NCBI RefSeq assembly: GCF_006345805.1
Contig: NW_021827146.1
Span: 1 to 10,969 of the forward strand
Reading direction: 5' to 3'
DNA: 10,969 nt
Source of the DNA: Octopus sinensis
Taxonomy: Eukaryota
The position numbers were made by a program, and so were the translations under genes. The notes under the pieces were generated by a model. That model searched no databases. It was given only the letters and a program-made list of their open reading frames with translations, and had not been told where the DNA came from. Position 1 is the stretch's first letter; the number at the start of each line of letters is the position of its first letter. Positions 1-7,372 of the stretch are shown here, piece after piece.

Positions 1-104
1 GGTCTCTGGACTTCTTGCTATTCCTAGTAGAGTCGTGAACTTCATGAACAGAAAGACATACCTGGGCCTCTGCATTTAATTTTGGTTTTAAATTTCGACA
101 CAAT

Positions 105-228
105 GTCGACCCCGAAAGGATATAAGGCAAAATTGACTTCGGCGGTAATTGAACTTAGAACGTAAAGACGAACGAAATGCCGCGAAGCATTTATCCTGGC
201 GCTGTTACGATTCTACCAGCTTTCGGCC
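105..228 (-). mobile_element. tRNA-derived SINE (family 1), degenerate 5' half
   Basis: The reverse complement aligns to the first half of the + copy at 5915-6144 (gtcgaccccgaaaggat...aattgaacttagaacgtaaagacgaacgaaatgccg...ttctaccagc). It has a degenerate B-box (GTTCAATTACC on the minus strand). Confidence 0.8.
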
Positions 229-314
229 TTGCCTATGGAACTAATATTGATATCAAATTTTGATTCAAGGCCAGCAGTTTCGGCTAATACAATTACATCG
301 ACATCAGTGATAAA

Positions 315-404
315 CAGGTACTTAATCTATCGGCATCGAAAAGAAGAAAGGCAAAGTCGACCTCAGCGGAATTTGAACTCAAAGTGTAGTGCCCAACGAA
401 ATAC
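315..404 (-). mobile_element. SINE family 1, partial second unit
   Basis: gaaaggcaaagtcgacctcagcggaatttgaactc is nearly identical to 531-565. The unit ends at acgaaatac and abuts the 3' end of the next copy. Confidence 0.8.
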
Positions 405-626
405 CTATTTCTTCACTACCCACAAGGGGCTAAACACAGAGTGGACAAACAAGGACAGACAAACGGATTAAGTCGATCATATCGACCCCAGTGCGTAACT
501 GGTACTTATTTAATCGACCCCGAAACGATGAAAGGCAAAGTCGACCTCGGCGGAATTTGAACTCAGAACATACCAGCAGACGAATTGCCGCAAAGCATTT
601 CGCCCGGCGTGCTGCCGGTTCTACCA
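404..626 (-). mobile_element. tRNA-derived SINE family 1, near full length
   Basis: It is the reverse complement of 5915-6144 over about 220 bp. The minus strand carries a B-box (GAGTTCAAATTCC), an A-box-like TGGTAGAACCGG, and the 3' tail gccccttgtgggtagtgaagaaatagg. Confidence 0.9.
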
Positions 627-859
627 AAAAACAACAATATCATCATTATCTACAACAAATCAAATAATCGGAATGCATTTGTGAAGTCATTCTACAAGCT
701 AGAAATAACAACCAAATTTCCTCATATCACAATGTACTATATTATAAACAAGATATTCTAGATAGGGCAACATGAACCAAAAAGAGGAGCGATGGCCATA
801 GCAGGAACGCCTGTGATGTTAGATATCCTTGATTGGGGTTGAACTGGAACTGAATAACA

Positions 860-990
860 ACTACAACAGCAATAAAAATATAAAGTAAAAGAAAAACTAC
901 GGCAATAATAACAAATAAAACCTCAACAAAACCATTGGCAATAACAACAACAGCCACAACAACATGGACGACTATCATTGTTACAATAAC
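860..990. repeat. Degenerate (AAC)/(AAT) low-complexity tract
   Basis: Recurrent acaaca, aataac and caacag units. This explains the hydrophobic V/I-rich minus-strand ORF at 742-1038. Confidence 0.6.
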
Positions 991-1051
991 AGAAACATCA
1001 CGTTTTACACTATTCCTTAATAACTGGCATACCATCACTGTAAAGACGACT

Positions 1052-1071
1052 TAATAATAATAATAATAATG

Positions 1072-1119
<48 letters not shown>
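1052..1119. repeat. (AAT)n microsatellite
   Basis: Read directly from the sequence. Confidence 0.97.
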
Positions 1120-1672
1120 GCCCTGATGCAGTACCAGGCAGTGGCTCTCATGGCTTCTGATCTTAACTGATTGGAAGTGTTATCATGTACATTGTTTTGT
1201 CTTGGTATAAAAGATGGGCTACAGCAAATATTCTGCTCAATACCACAGATTTGCTTGTCAGTTGTTTGACCTTAACCAGTTGAGCATGTCCCTTAGTGGC
1301 TGACGATATGTGCATCTCTGATCACGAGCAGAAGTAGTGGGGAGCATCATAGCCATGTGTTTGAGAGGGATTCTTTGGGGTTTGAATAATTCACCTCTGG
1401 AAACATGGGTGGTTCTTTCAACATCCTTAAGCAACCCTTATTCAGGGACCGTTTGAGCGGGATGGGCTACTCAACCTGAAGAAAATTCTAACTGGGCCCC
1501 ACCTGCAAGGTCATGTGCTGTTTATCTTGATATGAGATCACCATGTCGCGCACATATGGTTGTGATGCATGTTCCTGGTGTACCTTTATCAGACGGTAGT
1601 CATGATGGGTATATTGGGCTTCGTATATTTACCCCAGTGTCACTTTGATATGCATGAACTGCTCTCTCACTC
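1120..1672 (+). mobile_element. ~550-bp non-coding interspersed element within (AAT)n, copy A1 (putative non-autonomous retroelement)
   Basis: Starts gccctgatgcagtaccaggc and ends ctgctctctcactc. Near-identical to 2353-2889 and 10681-10969, with (AAT)n on both sides. Strand is assigned by analogy to the Dong-like fragments and is uncertain. Confidence 0.85.
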
Positions 1673-1682
1673 AATAATAATA

Positions 1683-1738
<56 letters not shown>

Positions 1739-1765
1739 GAAGAAGAAGAAGAAGAAGAAGAAGAA
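1673..1765. repeat. (AAT)n followed by (GAA)9 compound microsatellite
   Basis: AAT runs to about 1736. GAA x9 occupies 1739-1765. Confidence 0.95.
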
Positions 1766-2135
1766 GATGAGAAAGCGACCATACTCTGGGATATGCCAAT
1801 ACACACAGCTAGAGAAATTAAGGCGACAGACCAGATATAGTTGTCAGAGATCATGAAGAAAAAATGCTTTCTAATTGATGTATCAATACCAGCAGATGAC
1901 GTGTCTCTAAAAGAAATGGAGAAACTTTCAAAATACAAAGACCTGGAAATAGAGGTAACCAGAATGTGGAATCTAAACACAGAAACAATTCCTATCAAAG
2001 CAGGTGCCTTAGGCCTGATAAAAAAAATATTCAAATAGATAACAAAAATACCAGGACTTACAAACACATAACATACAGAAAATCGCCCTACTGGGCACTG
2101 CACACATCCTACACAAAACACTTTCAATACAGTAA
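1766..2135 (+). pseudogene. Frameshifted C-terminal restriction-like (PD-(D/E)xK) endonuclease of an RLE non-LTR retrotransposon ORF
   Basis: Joining frames by hand gives DEKATILWDMPIHTAREIKA / RPDIVVRDHEE / KCFLIDVSIPADDVSLKEMEKLSKYKDLEIEVTRMWNLNTETIPIKAGALG / ITKIPGLTNT / NIQKIALLGTAHILHKTLSIQ*. The RPD...IDxxxP...KxxKY...W...P...GALG pattern is typical of R4/NeSL/CRE-type RLE domains. Confidence 0.88.
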
Positions 2136-2229
2136 CCATCAGAGCATCACAACAAAACACAGCACATATCCAAGCCACACAGAGCTGCGCTCAGTAGTGA
2201 AGTGAATGCACGCTATAGAAATAAAACCA

Positions 2230-2232
<3 letters not shown>
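1766..2232 (+). mobile_element. 5'-truncated non-LTR retrotransposon, R4/Dong-like (restriction-like endonuclease plus 3' UTR), copy D1
   Basis: Coding remnant runs to TAA at 2133-2135, followed by a ~97-nt 3' UTR ending accactg and then (AAT)n. The same 3' end recurs at 3087-3233. Dong elements of the R4 clade are known to target TAA repeats. Confidence 0.85.
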
Positions 2233-2301
<69 letters not shown>

Positions 2302-2321
2302 TAATAGTAATAATAATAATA

Positions 2322-2352
<31 letters not shown>
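2233..2352. repeat. (AAT)n microsatellite, imperfect
   Basis: Read directly from the sequence. Confidence 0.97.
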
Positions 2353-2889
2353 GCCTGATGCAGTACCAGGCAGTGGCTCTCATGGCTTCTGATCTTAACT
2401 GATTGGAAGTGTTATCATGTACATTGTTTTTGTCTTGGTATAAAAGATGGGCTACAGCAAATATTCTGCTCAATACCACAGATTTGCTTGTCAGTTGTTT
2501 GACCTTAACCAGTTGAGCATGTCCCTTAGTTGGCTGACGATATGTGCATCTCTGATCACGAGCAGAAGTAGTGGGGAGCATCATAGCCATGTGTTGAGAG
2601 GAGTCTTTGGGTTTTGAATAATTCACCTCTGGAAACATGGGTGTTTCTTTCAACATCCTTAAACACCTTATTCAGCGGGATGGGCTACTCACCTGAAGAA
2701 ATTCTAACTGGGCCCCACCTGCAAGGTCATGTGCTGTTTATCTTGATATGAGATCAACATGTCGCGCACATATGGTTGTGATGCATGTGCCTGGTGTACC
2801 CTTATCAGACGGGTAGTCATGATGGGTATATTGGGCTTCGTATATTTTACCCCAGTGTCACTTTGATGGCATGCACTGCTCTCTCACTC
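2353..2889 (+). mobile_element. ~550-bp (AAT)n-embedded element, copy A2
   Basis: Colinear with A1 from end to end. It has a 12-bp internal deletion after 2675 and scattered 1-nt indels. Confidence 0.85.
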
Positions 2890-2981
2890 AATAATAATAT
2901 AATAATAATAATATAATAATAATAATAATATAAATATAGTAATAATAATAATAATACTAATTAATAATAATAATAATAATA

Positions 2982-3057
<76 letters not shown>

Positions 3058-3086
3058 TAATAATATAATAATAATAATAAAATAAT
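2890..3086. repeat. (AAT)n microsatellite, imperfect
   Basis: Read directly from the sequence. Confidence 0.97.
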
Positions 3087-3233
3087 TAGGCACTGCAACA
3101 CATCCTACGCAGAACACTTCCATACAATAACATCAGAGCATCACACACAAAATCACAGCACATACCCAGGCCACCAGAGCTGCGCTCGGTAGTGAAGTGA
3201 AAGCACGCTATAAAAATAAAAATAAAACTACTG
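3087..3233 (+). mobile_element. R4/Dong-like retrotransposon, extreme 3' end, copy D2
   Basis: ggcactgca...catcctacgcagaacactt (LGTA/HILRRTL) plus a 3' UTR (gagctgcgctcggtagtgaagtgaaagcacgctata...aactactg) that matches 2093-2232. Confidence 0.85.
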
Positions 3234-3576
3234 AATAAAATAATAATAATAGTAATAATAATAATAATATAATATAATAATTAATACATAATAGTAATAA
3301 TAAAGTAAATACTAATAATAATAATAATAATATGTATAATAGTAATAATTAATAATAATAGTATAATATAATAATAATATAATAATAATAATAGTAATAA
3401 TAGTAATAATAAATATAATATAGTAATAATAATAATAATAAAATAATTATAATAATAATAATAATAATGATAATAATAATAATAATAATATAATAATAAT
3501 AGTAATAATAGTAATAATAATAATAATAATAATATAATAATAATAATAATAATAATAATATAAACGAGTAATAATA

Positions 3577-3626
<50 letters not shown>

Positions 3627-3633
3627 TAATAAT
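3234..3633. repeat. ~400-bp imperfect (AAT)n tract with AGT interruptions
   Basis: Read directly from the sequence. Confidence 0.95.
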
Positions 3634-3830
3634 GTTACCACTGCAACAGCCGACAGCATATTAACGCGGTGGGAGATAAAACTAAGCGAGAGCTAAATAT
3701 AGGCAAAAACTGAGTAAAGCTGTCATCAGTGAAGGGTTGTTTCGTATCTGCGTTGACAAGGTCTTTGCTTCATAAATCAGGGTATTATAAATGATTTCCT
3801 TCGCTTCTCTCTTACGTTGCTTACTGACTG

Positions 3831-3938
3831 CATACACACACACACACACACACACACACATGCACACATATATGTTTACACTGGAGGACACATGCATATA
3901 CATATGTGCGCATATGCAAAGAGCGTATATGTGTGCGC

Positions 3939-3994
<56 letters not shown>

Positions 3995-4214
3995 CACACA
4001 TATATATACACACACACCGCACAGATACATGCGTATGTATCTATATGCATATATATATATATATGTTATTATATATATGTAATAATATTATATACATACG
4101 TACATACATCAATATATTTTACATATATGCATGTATTTAAGTATATATATATATTTTTTAATGATAATTATGCTTTAATACATGTATGTATAAATATACT
4201 TATATGTTATATAG

Positions 4215-4254
<40 letters not shown>

Positions 4255-4340
4255 GCGTGCGTACGCATATACGTGCATGCATACACGTTTATGTTTATGT
4301 ACACATACATCCATAGACATATATAGATATACATGTATAT
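3831..4340. repeat. Compound (CA)n/(TA)n low-complexity region
   Basis: (CA)n at about 3834-3860, (TA)n at 3942-3988 and about 4220-4252, with degenerate TA/CA between them. Confidence 0.9.
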
Positions 4341-4540
4341 ACATATAGAGTTTGGTATACATGTATACAATCAGGTGTGTGTATGTGTGTTAGTGGGTGG
4401 GGGTGTGCTTCATAAACTTCGCTAGAGAGAAGGCGATATCTGATGTGAGCAGAGAGAAATGGACACCGATTTAACACATCTGTGAACTTGTGTCGATCAG
4501 AAAGATTTCAACACGTCTTTCTACACCATCGCTTGAACTA

Positions 4541-4656
4541 TACACACGCAGAAACATACGCACACATACAGACACACATACATACATTCAATCACATACG
4601 CACACATACACACACGTTCAAACACGCACGAATTTAGACACCCATTAATACAGGAA

Positions 4657-4696
<40 letters not shown>

Positions 4697-4837
4697 CAAA
4701 ACACACAAATGTATACGCACGCAATGCATGCATTAAGTTATGCTCTATGATTGTGTGTGTGTATATGTATGTACAAGTTATATGTACACATATATATAAA
4801 TATATGTATGTATATATGTATGTATGTTGTATGTATG

Positions 4838-4871
<34 letters not shown>

Positions 4872-4872
4872 T

Positions 4873-4911
<39 letters not shown>

Positions 4912-5240
4912 TGCGTATGCGTGCATACACGTATTATTACTTATATGCGTTTCGCAATTTCAGATACGTACATACATATGCATATGAGTGGTATATACAC
5001 ACATATATACATATATAACATAAATACACAGATGTGTATCTACTAATATATATATATACTCATACATACATATTTATGAGTGTGTGACTACGAATACAAA
5101 CAGGTTTGTGTGTCTGTCTCAGTGCGTGCGTGTGTGGGTGTGTATGTGTGTGTGTGTGTGTGTGTGTATGTGTGTGTGTGGGTGTGTATGTGTGTGTGTG
5201 TTTTTGTGTGTGTGTGAGTGTCCCTGCGTGTCCCTGCGTG
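4541..5240. repeat. Compound (CA)n/(TA)n/(TATG)n/(TG)n microsatellite region
   Basis: (TA)n at about 4659-4691, (TATG)n at about 4800-4875, (TG)n at about 4877-4908 and 5105-5215. Confidence 0.9.
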
Positions 5241-5351
5241 TGTATAGTACGTCGCATATTCTTACTGAAGTCAATGTAGAAATGACTTTAGAGCATTTTG
5301 CTTTTAAGATGGTTATCTGATATTAGAATACGATGTGGATAGAAAATGTAA

Positions 5352-5406
5352 GCATTTGAACCCCTGACCACTCGACCCGGATTTCATACCACCGTACCCC
5401 ACTGAC
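5352..5406 (-). mobile_element. Possible degenerate tRNA-like (SINE) head
   Basis: The minus strand reads TGGGGTACGGTGGTA...GGGGTTCAAATGC, which resembles an A-box and B-box at tRNA-like spacing. No body or tail was recognised. Confidence 0.3.
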
Positions 5407-5914
5407 GAATTTCTTGTTCTAATGATATACACGTACACTCACGTAACATTTACATGTTGATAGCTCCTTGTTGTCAGATCTTGGTATCTGTTTTATAGGC
5501 TGTTGATAGTTTTAACTGAAAAGGTGAAAAGGGTTCCCAACGTTGGAACCCTTTCAAAATTAGAGAATCTAGAAAGGTTGATGAGGGGTATGGATAGTAG
5601 TCAACACATTTCACAATCTCCATCACCAATAATGTCCCAGTAACACACAAACACACACACACACACGTACACACGCGTGCATGCACATAAACTCAAGTTT
5701 ATCCAATAAATATATGAAATATCCTCGATACATACTTCTCACTCGGCGTGTGGGTTGGGGGAATAATAAGGGATTTCTCCAAACGTCTACCGCTTTACTC
5801 GTTTTAAGATTTCAAAAATGTGTTACTCCCAACAGTTCAGTTGGTTTAATACAATTAAAGGGTCTTTAACCAAATAGGTTTTCCGGGAGATTTTAATATA
5901 GATAAAAAAGAAAG

Positions 5915-6144
5915 GGCGGCGAGCTGGAAGAAACGTTAGCACGCCGGGCGAAGCGCGTAGCCGTATTTCGTCTGCCGCTGCGTTCTGAGTTCAAATTCCG
6001 CCGAGGTCGATTTTGCTTTCATTCTTTCTGGTCCATTAAATAAGTACCAGTTACGCACTGGAGTCGATGTTATCAACTTGATCCTTTATGTCTGTCCTTG
6101 TTTGTCCCCTCTATGTTTAGCCTCGTGTGGGCAATAAAGAAATA
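5915..6144 (+). mobile_element. tRNA-derived SINE family 1, full length
   Basis: Starts ggcggcgagctggaagaaacgttagc (A-box-like), has a B-box GAGTTCAAATTCC at 5987-5999, and ends gggcaataaagaaata. It is an inverted copy of 404-626. Confidence 0.92.
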
Positions 6145-6178
6145 AATATATATAAATATATATATAAATAAATATACA

Positions 6179-6359
6179 GGCACAGGAGTGGCTGTGTGGT
6201 AAGTAGATTGCTTACCAACCACATGGTTCCAGGTTCAGTCCCACTGCGTGGCACCTTGGCCAAGTGTCTTCTACTATAGCCTCGGGCCGACCAAGCCTTG
6301 TGAGTGAATTTGGTAGACGAAACTGAAAGAAGCCCGTCGTATATATTTATATATATTAT

Positions 6360-6393
<34 letters not shown>

Positions 6394-6623
6394 AATATAC
6401 ATACATATATATATATATAGTAGTATATATATATATATATGCGTGTGTGTGTTTGTGTGTGTGGTTTGTCCCCGATGCTGGGTGTTTAGGTCCCCGTCAC
6501 CTAGCGGTTCGGCAAAAGAGACCGATAGAATTAGTACTGGGCTTACAAAGAATAAGTCCCGGGGTCGATTTGCTCGATTAAAGGCGGTGCTCCAGCATGG
6601 CTGCAGTCAAAATGACTGAAACA
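6179..6623 (+). mobile_element. tRNA-derived SINE family 2 with an internal (TA)n(TG)n tract
   Basis: The head ggcacaggagtggctgtgtggtaag...ggttccaggttcagtccc carries A/B boxes. A central ggcaccttggccaagtgtctt follows, then a microsatellite at about 6340-6460. The 3' part (gatagaattagtact...ggggtcgatttgctcga) shares motifs with family 1 (aagtac...ggggtcgat). Confidence 0.82.
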
Positions 6624-6674
6624 GTCGAGCCAGCAAGTGGAGGAGGCCATTAAGAGAGAATACGTGTTGTTTCG

Positions 6675-7079
6675 GGGATGCTTGAGTTTGTTGAAAAGAT
6701 TTGTAGCGCAGTTTACCACTTTTCCTTGATGGCTTGGGATAAAAGTTGACCCTTTCTCAACTTGCCTGATAAGAAATTCAGGCTCTCCCATTTCCCTGGC
6801 GATTGACCTGATTGTCCTGGAAGGATCACTGCCAATCATGGCCTGGATTACACCAACAAATTCAGGAGTTCTTTTCTAATAAGAACGATCAGCGTGAGTT
6901 TCCTGAGATGGTCTACCTTCGTAATCCTCATCATACACATCTAATTCTTTCTAAAACCACTGTACTCTCCTCCGATTGACACCCAAAGACTCTGAAATGT
7001 TCGTATTGGAGCTTTCGGTGCGAATGCCAAGCAGCACAGAATGTCGTTTCCAGCTTTCTGGCAGAATGAATTGTGTCAT
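6675..7079 (-). pseudogene. Tc1/mariner transposase N-terminal DNA-binding (HTH) region, with stops and a frameshift
   Basis: From the ATG at 7079: MTQFILPESWKRHSVLLGIRTESSNTNISESLGVNRRRVQWF*KELD...*KRTPEFVGVIQAMIGSDPSRTIRSIAREMGEPEFLIRQV / RKGQLLSQAIKEK / LFNKLKHP. The DPxxsiRsiArxxG-type second HTH motif is typical of ITm transposases. No DDD/E domain is present. Confidence 0.82.
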
Positions 7080-7185
7080 TGTGTTGTTTTTCGCACTGAC
7101 GGTGCCCAACTGACCCTTTTAAAAACAAGCAATGCGCATGCGCAAAATTGAAAATATTGGATGGTGACAATTTACCCATCCCATA
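6675..7185 (-). mobile_element. Tc1/mariner (ITm) DNA transposon, 5' fragment
   Basis: The transposase remnant is preceded on the minus strand by about 100 bp of non-coding terminus (tgggatgggtaaattgtcaccatcc...). This abuts a TA run at 7184 onward, consistent with TA targeting. Confidence 0.75.
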
Positions 7186-7261
7186 TATATATATGGGGTG
7201 TGTGTGTGGTGTGTGTGTATGTATATATATATGTTTATATATATATATAATTATATATATA

Positions 7262-7298
<37 letters not shown>
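7184..7298. repeat. (TA)n/(TG)n microsatellite
   Basis: Read directly from the sequence. Confidence 0.9.
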
Positions 7299-7299
<1 letters not shown>

Positions 7300-7372
7300 C
7301 GGCGGCTACGTATCCACAATTGTCCTTATACGATAAGTATATTTTTTTCTCTAGCATTGATACGAACTCTAA

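Noticed and set aside
229-627. ORFs 229-471 (+) and 430-627 (-)
   Set aside because: They lie over SINE copies and are chance open frames.
1120-1672. HDV-like or hammerhead ribozyme at the ends of element A (CTGATGC at 1123; minus-strand CTGATAA; TGTCAGT/GCTGACG stem)
   Set aside because: By hand I could not assemble a complete P1/P1.1/P2/P3 pseudoknot or a CUGANGA-GAAA core on either strand. An RNArobo or Infernal search and a co-transcriptional cleavage assay would be decisive.
2213-2656. 147-aa minus-strand ORF through element A2 (…MRATAWYCIR…)
   Set aside because: No recognisable motif. It is extended by (ATT)n read-through, and indels in A1 and A3 break the frame.
1052-3633. Repeat-spacer-like periodicity resembling a CRISPR array
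   Set aside because: The repeats are simple trinucleotide tracts of variable length and the inserts are repeated mobile elements. The context is eukaryotic and there are no cas genes.
3634-3830. Unique island between microsatellites with a minus-strand open frame ([14 protein letters not shown]...)
   Set aside because: No homology recognised and no convincing splice pair or start.
2884-5320. Numerous ORFs rich in Y/I/L, YI, CV or HT runs (also at 7148-7866, 8592-9365 and 10110-10712)
   Set aside because: These are translations of microsatellites that lack stop codons in some frames. They show no domain signal.
5497-5643. Possible exon after ttttatAG (LLIVLTEKVKRVPNVGTLSKLENLERLMRGMDSSQHISQSPSPIMSQ*)
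   Set aside because: The peptide is short and unrecognised, and there is no supporting neighbouring exon. RNA-seq would be needed.
5915-6250. tRNA genes at the SINE heads
   Set aside because: A/B boxes are present, but I could not fold a full cloverleaf, and each head continues into a repeated SINE body.
6641-6649. Minus-strand TGG CCT CCT (WPP) as a remnant of the mariner WPPxSPD motif
   Set aside because: Only three codons match and the following SPDLNP-like residues are absent, so it is compatible with chance.
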